A DNA stretch of 43,715 nt from Octopus bimaculoides (taxonomy: Eukaryota). The position numbers were made by a program, and so were the translations under genes. Positions 12,337 to 22,814 of this stretch are shown in pieces (positions within the stretch are counted from its first letter, which is position 1; each line of letters begins with the position of its first letter). The notes under the pieces were generated by a model, which was not told where the DNA came from, ran no database searches, and worked only from the letters and a program-made list of their open reading frames with translations. The stretch covers positions 47,709,656 through 47,753,370 of the forward strand of contig NC_068984.1 of the NCBI RefSeq assembly GCF_001194135.2, written 5' to 3'.

Positions 12337-12835
12337 TAATCCATTATTTTTCCAGGCATTGCTGTTATAAGATAATTAATAATGTGTCAATTAATAATTT
12401 AAGATTTTAGCTTATAAAATACTGAAAGATAATATTTCAATTTTTCCATGTAAGTGATGATAATTTTTCAATTTCTTTTCATGTTTAATTTAAATATATG
12501 ATGTGATTGAATTATTTGATATTACAATTCCACACCAAATTAATGGCAGGGATTTTTAACATGTTGTTGGTTGCAAAATGCTTCACCAAATGTTACAAAC
12601 AATACGACCTCAAAACCATCAGTTACCAGGCTCACCTGAAGTAACCTAATTTTGCAATACTAGGAGGTCACAGGAATTCATACAACGAAAAAAAGAAAAT
12701 TTGCGATGATTCCGGGATTGAGGGGGGGGGGACCTCCACCTCATTTTTTCCGAACCAAAACAAGGGATTTGCAGCATATTAGGAGGTCAAGGTACTTGAT
12801 TTGACGCAAAAAATCAATTTTTTTTTCACTTAGTG

Positions 12836-12894
12836 AAAGCAAAGTCGACCTCGGCGTAATTTGAACTTAGAACGTAAAGACAGACAAAATACCG
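12836..12894 (-). mobile_element. SINE family C head fragment
   Basis: The reverse complement CGGTATTTTGTCTGTCTTTACGTTCTAAGTTCAAATTACGCCGAGGTCGACTTTGCTTT matches 13856-14070. Confidence 0.8.
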
Positions 12895-13020
12895 TTTCTA
12901 AAATACAAAATTTTGTCAAAACTGTTAAGAGTAAATTCTGTTCTGGGTGACGCATTCTACCAGTATCGGATGTTTGAAAGTGTTTAGTTAAAAAAAATAT
13001 TAATTAAATAATCTGTACGT

Positions 13021-13122
13021 CAAAGTGGACCTCGGCGGAATTTGAACTCAAAACACGAAGATAGACGAAATATCGCTAAAGAATTCGCCCACGCGCTAAC
13101 GTTTCTGCCAGCTCACCGCCTT
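13021..13122 (-). mobile_element. SINE family C tRNA head, 3'-truncated
   Basis: The reverse complement GGCGGTGAGCTGGCAGAAACGTTAGC...GAGTTCAAATTCCGCCGAGGTCCACTTTG. Confidence 0.82.
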
Positions 13123-13855
13123 GGAATAAGAATATTCATTTTAGAAATATATTCTTTATTCTTATTGCTTAAGTTTTACTCCCTTACCGATATCAAATTT
13201 CGTAGCATTTTACCTCATAACAGTTTTTCTACAAATTTTTGCCCAATGCGACTAACGATTCTGAATTTCTCGTGCATTTTTCTATCATTTAAGTCTAAGA
13301 AAAGTATATTTTTAATTTAAAATTAAAAGTTTATGTTACTTGAAGATGAATATCTGCCTTACTGCTCCCTTGAGGTCGCAGATATTTTGATGTAACTTTT
13401 TTCTAGTCAACCAAATCTCAAACTATTTATGCCAAAAGTGTAGCTGAGGAGGTATCTTCTTTAAAACTATTAACAGTTTGCAGTTGAGTTGAGAACTGAA
13501 TTAGTGGTGAAGCTTGGAAGCTGCTGCGATTGACGAAATGGTGGACTTAAGAATATATTCAACCACTACCGTGGTTGAATGATAAGCATTTCTAATCCTA
13601 TTATTCGTATTCATAGTGTCATCACACGTGCAAAGAACGAAAGTGCACAGAACGACGCCCTGGAAATATTGTGAAATATTGAGTATATTTCTTTATATAT
13701 ACAAGTGGGACATATTTGCAATTCAAGATTTGTCTATAATTCAAATTTTTTTAATAAATTTCTTTGCCGAGGTCTGAAGGTTGGACAACGAAAGTTTGGT
13801 AGTAGTTAAGATGTTAGACCACCAGTTTGCTGTATTGAATATGCGTGTATGCACA

Positions 13856-14070
13856 GGCAGCGAGCTGGCAGAAGCGTTAGCACGCCGCGTGAAATGCTTA
13901 GCGGTATTTCGTCTGTCTTTACGTTTTGAGTTCAAATTTCGCCGATGCCGACTTTGCATTTCATCCTTTTGGGGTCGACAAATTAAGTACCAGTTGCGTA
14001 CTGGGGTCGATATAATCGACTGGCTCCCTCCCCAAAATTTCGGGCCTTGTGCCAAGAGTAGAAAAGAATA
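13856..14070 (+). mobile_element. Full-length tRNA-derived SINE family C with a Meta-domain-like central region
   Basis: Box A/B head (GAGCTGGCAGAA; GAGTTCAAATT), then CCGACTTTGCATTTCATCCTTTTGGGGTCGACAAATTAAGTACCAG, resembling the MetaSINE central domain as recalled; short tail GTAGAAAAGAATA. Confidence 0.82.
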
Positions 14071-14080
14071 TGTATGTATG

Positions 14081-14505
14081 TCATCATTCAGTTTTATTTC
14101 AAGATTTCTTACCAATAGAGAAATAGCCGGTTCCTAACCTAGATCCAAGCCTCATTCATTGGAGTTTGAACAATATCAACAGGATGTTTTTGTATGTATA
14201 TATGCATGTATGTATGTGACTATTTGCATGTTTTGCTTTATATATGTATCATCATGCATATACCTGCATATCTAGACATGCTCCTATATACCAAGTTCAT
14301 AAACGTCTAGAAAGTTTTACAGATTTTTACACTTCTAGCGATGGCTTAGATCTGTCATTTTCATATCAGCTTTCTCCTTTCTGGTTTTGAGAAGCCTAAT
14401 TTCTTAAGGTTGGTACTTAGGCACTGTGTTACATATCCCAATACACCAATAATTACAGGTATAACTTCAGCTTTAAATCTGGATAGAGTAACAGCGTATT
14501 TCTCA
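14081..14505 (-). mobile_element. 3' end of an RLE-type LINE (CATA-tailed family), copy 1
   Basis: Minus frame FKAEVIPVIIGVLGYVTQCLSTNLKKLGFSKPERRKLI; 3' UTR ends AAGAAATCTTGAAATAAAACTGAATGATGA-(CATA)3. Homologous to 38834-39256. Confidence 0.82.
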
Positions 14506-14818
14506 ATAGGGAGAAAAAAAAATATGCATGAAGAGTAGCCTGCGGTATACACCTCGTTCGGATATTTAGCATTTTCGAGGTTCCGCTCGCTATAAAACAT
14601 GTAGCTCGCATCTTTCCTACTTTATTCCTTAACTCTTGTTTTCTTATTCGCATACCCGGTAACCCTGGTTGCCTACCGTAATATATAAAGAACAATTTAT
14701 CGCACTTCGACAACAAAAATATCCACAACTTTCCGTCTCAATGAATAACTATTGTGCTTGAAAATTTCTTATATTTACTACGGATTGCATGACGTTAATT
14801 TTCTTCTTAGACCTCGAT

Positions 14819-14853
14819 TCTTGGGTTTTACACACACACACGCACACACGCAC

Positions 14854-14905
<52 letters not shown>

Positions 14906-14947
14906 NNNNNNNNNNNNNNNTTTACACACACACACGCACACACGCAC

Positions 14948-14997
<50 letters not shown>

Positions 14998-14998
14998 A
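14819..14998. repeat. (CA)n/(CACG)n microsatellite with gap
   Basis: Direct reading. Confidence 0.95.
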
Positions 14999-15000
14999 TT

Positions 15001-15398
15001 CTTTTTTTTTCTTTCAGTCATTTGACTGCGGCCAAGCTGAAGTACCACTTTTAGTCGAACAAGTCGACCCCAGGACTTATTCTTTGTAGCCTAGTTCTTG
15101 TTCTATCAGCCTCTTTTGCCGAACCGCTAATTTACGGGGACGTAAACACACCAACATCAGTTGTCAAGTGATGGTGAGGGGGACAGCGCAGGCAAACAAA
15201 CAAACAAATAAACAAATATACACACACACACACACATATATACGACGGGCTTATTTCAGTTTCCGTCTATCAATTTACTCACAAGGCTTTGGTTGATCCG
15301 AGGCTATAGCAGAAAACAGTTGCACAAAGTTCCACGCAGTGAGACTGAACTCGGAGTTATGGGACTGGCAAGCAAGCTACTTATCACACAGCCTCTAT
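15001..15398 (-). mobile_element. Near full-length SINE family B
   Basis: Reverse complement of the 10622-11105 element, including head, short internal microsatellite and tail. Confidence 0.88.
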
Positions 15399-15896
15399 TT
15401 TCTATAGCTGGGCAACGTGACAACAGACAAAAATCCTGCCAGTTATTCAATGATCAAAAGAAATTTATTGCCACTGATTAAAAATTGACCTCTTTGACCT
15501 GTCATGAATTTCAACCATCCCAGAGAAAAACACACCCCTATCTCTTTCTTTCTTTGTCTATCTTTTGTTCAAGTTTTCTTTGTTTTTCTACCTTTCTTTC
15601 GTTATTTATTTTCTCTCTAACGAAGTCACCACAGATCTTTCATGTATGCTTTGTTAAAAAATTTACTACACTCGTATTTAACTCAAAATGACAAAGAATA
15701 TCTCAAATGAACACATCTCAAACTCCCTTTTTGTAAAACCTAAGAAGACAAATTTCTCCTAACTCAGATATATAGAAAATGTATGAATTCTCTGTAAACA
15801 ACCTGTTCATGATGAATCCCTGAAGAGAATGAAGGTGCTAAATAAATAGTATTTATCCAGATCCTGAGTACTCTTTTCTTAATATATAACATCAAT

Positions 15897-16278
15897 GTGG
15901 AGGCGCAATGGCCCAGTGGTTAGGGCAGCGGACTCACGGTCATAGGATCGCGGTTTCGATTCCCAGACCGGGCGTTGTGAGTGTTTATTGAGCGAAAACA
16001 CCTAATGCTCCACGAGGCTCCAGAAGGGGAAGGTGGCGAACCCTGCTGTACTCTTCCACCACAACCTTCTCTCACTCTTTCTTCCTGTTTCTGTTGTACC
16101 TGTATTTCAAAGGGTCAGCGTTGTCACGCTGTGTCATGCTGAACACCCCCGAGAATTACGTTAAGGGTACACGTATCTGTGGAATGCTCATCCACTTGCA
16201 CGTTAATTTCACGAGCAGGCTGTTCCGTTGGTTGGATCAACTGGAACCCTCGACGTCGTAAGCGACGGAGTGTCAAGA
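15897..16278 (+). mobile_element. Full-length SINE family A, copy 2
   Basis: GGAGGCGCAATGGCCCAGTGGTTAGGG...GACGTCGTAAGCGACGGAGTG; 11-bp TSD ATAACATCAAT at 15886-15896 and 16279-16289. Confidence 0.93.
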
Positions 16279-16554
16279 ATAACATCAATATACAACTTCA
16301 AAAAGTTTGTGTCTACATAAGCTAGTATATATAAATCACAGTATATGTGTGTATATTGAGCAATGCATACAGTTCACACAATTCACAACTGATTTTCACC
16401 CAAATTTACACACACATTACTTATGTCTCAAGATGGTAATGCCCTATCACATTTTGCTCAGAGCGGCCACGTAAATGAACAAACCGAGTAAAACTGTGGT
16501 TTACCCGGGTTTTCTCTAATTCGTTGTATGCACATAGTTTTTTTGAATGTAGGG

Positions 16555-16960
16555 TCTTCCATACTTTCAAAATCTATATTGCTATATATTGTGGTTTTCA
16601 CATTTTTTTGTGGTTTTCACATTATTTCTATCTATTATCTATTTATATGTTGTAATTGTGCATTATTACTTTCTTTATTCTTTTATATGTGTACTGGTGT
16701 GTTTTGTTTTAGTGTTTTGGTTAGAGATTATTGTAAAAGTGAAAGGATTTTGTCTATTTATTTATTATGACTGTTTTCCATACTTTTTAAATCTATATGG
16801 TCGTACATTTGCATTACAGTATATTTTTAGCTGTTTTCCCATTTTTGTATTTATTACTTATTTACATGTTGTAATTGTGTATTATTACTTTGTATATTTT
16901 TTATGTGTATTGGTGTATATTGTTTGAGTGTTTTGGTTAGAGAATATATTATAAAAGTAG
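16555..16960. repeat. Diverged tandem duplication, period about 220 bp, two units
   Basis: Anchors TTCCATACTTT..AAATCTATAT, TATTTA(T/C)ATGTTGTAATTGTG(C/T)ATTATTACTTT and GTGTTTTGGTTAGAGA each recur about 220 bp apart. Confidence 0.75.
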
Positions 16961-17213
16961 TTTACTCTTTTACTCTTTTACTTGTTTCAGTTATTTGACT
17001 GTGGCCATGCTGGAGCACTGCCTTTAGAGTAGCAAATCGACCCGATGACTTATTCTTTGTAAGCCAAGAACTTATTCTGTCGGTCTCTTTTGCCGAGCCA
17101 CTAAGTTACGGGGACGTAAACACACCAGCATCAGTTGTCAAGCGATGTTGGGGGTGGGGAACAAACACAGACACACAAACATACACACGCACATACATAC
17201 ATACATACACACA
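16961..17213 (-). mobile_element. SINE family B 3' half; runs into an assembly gap at its internal microsatellite
   Basis: CTTTTACTTGTTTCAGTTATTTGACTGTGGCCATGCTGGAGCACTGCC... is the reverse complement of the B tail. Confidence 0.88.
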
Positions 17214-17732
17214 NNNNNNNNNNNNNNNNNNNNNNNNNNNNNNNNNNNNNNNNNNNNNNNNNNNNNNNNNNNNNNNNNNNNNNNNNNNNNNNNNNNNNNN
17301 NNNNNNNNNNNNNNNNNNNNNNNNNNNNNNNNNNNNNNNNNNNNNNNNNNNNNNNNNNNNNNNNNNNNNNNNNNNNNNNNNNNNNNNNNNNNNNNNNNNN
17401 NNNNNNNNNNNNNNNNNNNNNNNNNNNNNNNNNNNNNNNNNNNNNNNNNNNNNNNNNNNNNNNNNNNNNNNNNNNNNNNNNNNNNNNNNNNNNNNNNNNN
17501 NNNNNNNNNNNNNNNNNNNNNNNNNNNNNNNNNNNNNNNNNNNNNNNNNNNNNNNNNNNNNNNNNNNNNNNNNNNNNNNNNNNNNNNNNNNNNNNNNNNN
17601 NNNNNNNNNNNNNNNNNNNNNNNNNNNNNNNNNNNNNNNNNNNNNNNNNNNNNNNNNNNNNNNNNNNNNNNNNNNNNNNNNNNNNNNNNNNNNNNNNNNN
17701 NNNNNNNNNNNNNNNNNNNNNNNNNNNNNNNN

Positions 17733-18186
17733 CAAACATATCTCTACTGGCTACTTTCCTGTAGAACTCGGTGTGGATCTCCCCTTCTTCTGTTATATTC
17801 AATTTGAAGTCAAGTAATGATAGTGAACCAGTGATGTCGGGATGTTTTATAGTGAACTTTATGTTCATGTCCATGTTATTGAACGTCGTGAATATTCTGT
17901 CAGCCTCTTCACGGGAGGATGTGAGTATGAGGATGTCATCTACGTACCTGGTCAACAAGGCGCATGAGCGGCAGATGTTGAGTGCTCGACGTTCCAGATG
18001 GTTCATATAAGTGATGCCTAGTAGGCCCGAGAGACTGGATCCCATGGGGAGAGCTGTTGTCTGTTTGTATATATGGTCCTGGAAAGAGAAGTAGGTGTTG
18101 TCCACGATGATGGACAAAAGTTGATGTATATCAGCTACAGTAAGTCCGAAGCATTGGATGTTGGGCGCTATTATACAGTCAGTCAA
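17733..18186 (-). mobile_element. Penelope-like element reverse transcriptase fragment
   Basis: Open 151-codon frame: NTYFSFQDHIYKQTTALPMGSSLSG...RYVDDILI (YVDD 17935-17946)...NIKFT...LSLLDF...FYRK, the PLE RT motif pattern. Confidence 0.9.
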
Positions 18187-18602
18187 TTCCTTACAATTTT
18201 ATGCGATGGTCGAATGGTGTAAAATCGAACGGAAAAATTTTGATGAGAGAGAAAAAATTTATAAGATGTAAGGAATTATGGAACAGATTTTAAAAAGGGA
18301 TATGTACAAATAATATACAAAACGTATAATATAAGGAGAAATTTTTCTTTTAAAAAGGGGCATGTGAAAATATAATTTACAATACTATAAATATAAAAAC
18401 AGAGAATATGAATAATATATACATATAATAATAATATCAACTATATGTTGAAAAAGATATTTGAAATATGAAATAAAAAATAGCAAGAATGTGAACATGA
18501 GATGGTAGATCGTACATGAGTTCCATGTGCGTGAAACGTTTAGAAGCGTGGGCCATACATGTAATATGGTCATAAAAAACTACACACACACACACACAGA
18601 CA

Positions 18603-18659
<57 letters not shown>

Positions 18660-18660
18660 A

Positions 18661-18697
<37 letters not shown>

Positions 18698-18740
18698 TAT
18701 GTTTATACCCTTTATCTCTCTCTCTCACACTCTATTTCTT

Positions 18741-18775
<35 letters not shown>

Positions 18776-18807
18776 NNNNNNNNNNATATATATATATATA
18801 TATATAT

Positions 18808-19152
18808 AAAGGGTAAAGGGTAAAGACCTCCTTCGGTCATGAATGATCATGTGACTGCACCTACAAAATTCCCCTCCGAGGCACCAGTCTGGGTAACGTT
18901 AATTATGTAAGACCAGCTGTCGCTCATGCATATCAGTCCCTTCTCTCTGCTCCACTGATTTTGTTCAAGAGAAAGGCAATGGCTGATACAGTTTGGTACC
19001 AGTGGTGTCCCAACTCATTTCTACAGTTGAGTGAACTGGAGCAGCGTGAAATAAAATGTCTATTATCAAAAATACAACTCGCAGCTCGGTCCGGGATTGG
19101 AACTCTCTATTTATTAATATTGAGCAGGATACTTTAACCACTGAGCCATGAC
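18808..19152 (-). mobile_element. tRNA-derived SINE family D (CORE-like centre, TTTACCC-type tail)
   Basis: The reverse complement head GTCATGGCTCAGTGGTTAAAG...GAGTTCCAATCCC; centre TTTATTTCACGCTGCTCCAGTTCACTCAACTGTAGAAATGAGT; tail GACCGAAGGAGGTCTTTACCCTTTACCCTTT. Confidence 0.72.
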
Positions 19153-19849
19153 ATATATTTCCTCAGTCTGTTTGAAGTTTTTCAGGCCATTCCTCTGAAA
19201 TATGATTAAGCCACATAGAATACAGAAGTCAACTCGTGGAATCTTTATCACAATACTGTTTATATATTATCTTGGAGTCAATGTTATGAAGAAAACGCGC
19301 ATGCGTATTTATGTGTGTGCGTGTGTGTGTTCCTTACAATTTTATCCTTTTTAGCATTTTGAAGTTAGCTTCTTCCTGCTGTGAATTCACGACGGAAATG
19401 TAATCTCCTCATGGAACAAAATATTGCACATCTTTGTCAAAACTGCACAACCAAATGTTTACTTGAGGGAGGCGAATTTCCAGAAACCGTATTACTTTAC
19501 ACTAAATAATTGCTTCTGTCCCTTTATGTTTTGTGCCTAAATCCCAACGGGGTATCTTTCATTACTTCAGCATCAATAAATTTACTAACATCAATTTGTT
19601 TGACTGTTTAATTCCCTTTGATAATTGTGTCTAGTACCTAGTTCTAAGGTATCAATATAATATAATGTGTATGCCTTATACAATAACGAAAGAGGTAATC
19701 CTCTTGTAAGCGGAAATACAACACAGTTTTACTTTCTAATTGAAAGCATAAAACTTTACTGTAATGATCGTCTGAAAGGCGTGAATGTCACAAATGTTTA
19801 TCGTTTAAGCGTGTCTTTAGTATTAGAGAGAGATAGAGGGAGGGGGAGA

Positions 19850-20016
19850 TGAGAGGAGAAAGAGGGAGTGAGAGAGTAGAGGAAAGGGAGAGGGAGAGGT
19901 AAAGAGAAAGCATGAGAGAGTGAAGAATAATAGGGACAGGGAGCGTGTGCAACAAAAAAAGAGGGAGATATAGCTATCTAGCCAGCTAGCTAGATAGATA
20001 AATAGATAGATCAAGA

Positions 20017-20104
<88 letters not shown>

Positions 20105-20110
20105 GAGAGA
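19850..20110. repeat. Purine-rich tract and (GA)n microsatellite
   Basis: Direct reading. Confidence 0.93.
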
Positions 20111-20281
20111 TTGTAACCTGAAGATTAAATGAGTCGCGACATACAAAACCTTCAGAAAAAGCACGTAGAAATAAACCCCGAATGGCGCCTACGTGAATAA
20201 GTGAATAACATTCGGACTTATAGGAAATCCTTCTTACATGTATTGAATGTTCTGTTCCGGTTTCTTTTCTTACCTAAACCT

Positions 20282-21005
20282 ATAATAATAATAATAATAA
20301 TGATGATAATAATCCCATTTATAGGCCACCAGGGCCAACATATAGGGGACAATACAGTAGACACGGACAGTGAGGATTTTACACAAAACAACGAGTACAC
20401 AATAAAAACAATGACAATAACGTCAAACTAAAAATAATATAACAATGAAAATCCCCCAATAATGGGGGTAACCATCTGGAGATGGTTCAGATGCCCCACT
20501 AATCCTGAACCACTTGACGCTTTGAGGGCATCCGGAAAGGGCACTCTTTTTTCCTCTCAAATTATCTAACCTGTAGGCGCATTATTAGAGTATGTCCACT
20601 CACACGGGCCATTTTCGCTACATTCACCCACCTTTTAGCAAATGAACTGGGAGGCAGCACTTCTCAGATGGCAGTCACCTTTCCTCGGTCTCTTCTTGAC
20701 CCAAGACTGCAGCTCAGTCAAGGAATCGAGCTGGGAAAAGCCTGTCTGAGAAACCGTGACCACACCTGTTCACCCTTTAGGCAGAATATCTGGAGATGCC
20801 GCAGCCTCAGTGCATGTCTGCGCATCATTAGACACGGCATGCCGAGCCGTACACGTAGAGGGTTTTAACAGAAGATGGACCGCGTTTGCAATGGAACTTG
20901 CCCCCCCCCCCAAGAATTTGAAGAGGATGCGCTCCAATTTTCATTCCCTTTCGAAATTATCCCTAATTATGGTTTGGAGTTTGACTGCTCCTTCTAGCGG
21001 GTTAG
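20282..21005 (-). mobile_element. Tx1/L1-like LINE 3' part with internal deletion, 3' UTR and (ATT)n tail
   Basis: Minus frames KLERILFKFLGGGQVPLQTRSIFC...LGMPCLMMRRHALRLRHL...VWSRFLRQAF, then EVLPPSSFAKRWVNVAKMARV. These parallel MERILFRFFW and YLPQSMYGKRWKTV in the 26806-29245 copy. Confidence 0.8.
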
Positions 21006-21257
21006 ATGTCCTATTATGGACATCTCTCTTATGTGTTTAAATGTACACTGTATGTATTAACATGAATAACATATAGTCTATTGAGTAGTTTTTTTCTTNN
21101 NNNNNNNNNNNNNNNNNNNNNNNNNNNNNNNNNNNNNNNNNNNNNNNNNNNNNNNNNNNNNNNNNNNNNNNNNNNNNNNNNNNNNNNNNNNNNNNNNNNN
21201 NNNNNNNNNNNNNNNNNNNNNNNNNNATATATATATATATATACATACACATACACT

Positions 21258-21425
21258 GATCTCATGGAACCAACTGCAGTGGCCACATGCAAGCAAGTAA
21301 AACCAGATTGCATGTACCATGTCTTTTGCTAATTTTATTCGGTGCACTTGCAGTAGATGCCCTTCGGTGCCCTTGTAGACAGATAGTCTCTCGGCCACAC
21401 TAAAGTAAGCACAGCAGATGACATG
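21258..21425 (+). mobile_element. Possible degraded RTE-like LINE C-terminal fragment
   Basis: Frameshifted remnants NQLQW.H...LILFGALA resemble the RTE motif QLRWAGHV.RM...PKQILFGEL. Confidence 0.35.
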
Positions 21426-21922
21426 ACTATATTATTACGAGCTGGTATTCGCTTTTTAGCTTGTAATGAAATGCTATACTCAATGACATTACACACCTCT
21501 TGGCACAGGTTTCGAACGTAAGGTCTTTATGACATTGATGGTAACACTTATGTCCATATATGACGCTTCGATAAACGGTTGCTAAAAGTTAGTATCATCC
21601 AACTAATTTCCTCTATCCTGCAAAGTATTAGGTATAGCTTACCTTCTTCTCAACTGCTGAAGATTAAAAGAATATACCTTTTCATGAAGAATGTAAACAA
21701 ATTATAACTGGTGTAGAGGTAATTTCATTATTTTGACAGCCAGTAATTCTTTATAAACGTAACAACACTATGCAGTTAAGAATAAAATGTGTATGCATAA
21801 CGAATGTAATATGGTCATATCTACGCTCATACACACGCCCTCACATACATGTATAAATCTATTCACATGCATACACAGGTATATATGCATATATCTGTGT
21901 GTGTATGCATATATATATATAT

Positions 21923-22814
21923 GGTCTGATCAATAGGTATCCGGACTGTTGCCATAGTAACGAATCTAAAGCACACAGCATGAATTTGTTCGGTACAAAT
22001 TTAACATGAACTCTGCTGTGTATGAGCACTAACTTCTAACGTTCTAACTCATGTCTGCTGTTTACAGCAGTGCTTGGAAGGAACGCGTGTAGCATGTAAT
22101 CGTTGCAGTGGCCATGACAGAGAAAGTTGAGAAGAGAATCTGCCTCAAATTTTGCGAAAAGCTTGGCCATACCTGTTCAAGAGCGTACGCACAGTTTTCA
22201 AAGAGCTTTCGTCGTTCTCGACACAATCAAGAAGTGCTTGTGCATCTGCAACTCGTGTCATTCTGGTCAGTTGAAAGCAATTTTGGCATAAAATTGGCAG
22301 ACACGCGTTTCATAGCCAAGTCTTCAGTGATAATGGACTGAACTGAACTGTAACTAATCTGCACATCCTCTGATAACTCACAGATGGTAATTCGATGATT
22401 TGCTCTCACAGCTGCTCGCACATCTGTAACGTCTTTTTCAGTTTTGCTGGTTGCGGGTCTCCCAGAACGTTCGTAAATATCGACAGTTTTTCGGCCATCT
22501 TGGAAGCATCTGAACCACTCGTACACCTGTGTGTGACTCATACACACTTCTTCATACACTTATTGTAACATTGCATAGGCCTCTGTACAGGTATTGCCAT
22601 GACAACTCTCCCTTGCCATGGTCAATGCGACGATCACACGCTACACACGTTCCTTCCAAGCATTTCTGTAAACAGCAGACGTGAGCTAGACGTTAAAACT
22701 TAGTGTACATGCATAGCAGAATCCAAGGTGAAGCTGTACCAAGTGGCTTTACTCCGCGTGCTTTAGCTTCGCTACTATGACAACAGTCCGAATACTTATT
22801 GATCAGACCTCGTA
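21923..22814. mobile_element. Mariner-derived palindromic element made of two inward-facing 5' ends
   Basis: Left GGTCTGATCAATAGGTATCCGGACTGTTGCC...ATGACAGAGAAAGTTGAGAAGAGAATCTGC (MTEKVEKRICLKFCEKLGHT). Right end reverse complement TACGAGGTCTGATCAATAAGTATTCGGACTG..., then transposase N-terminus VYEWFRCFQDGRKTVDIYERSGRP...DLAMKRVSANFMPKLL. TA at 22815-16. Confidence 0.87.

Noticed and set aside
21287-21410. 38-aa ORF MQASKTRLHVPCLLLILFGALAVDALRCPCRQIVSRPH* resembling a signal-peptide exon, followed by a GTAAGC donor
   Set aside because: There is an in-frame stop before the donor, the alternative 51-nt exon has stops in all frames, and the segment is better explained as a degraded RTE motif (QLQW...ILFG.LA).
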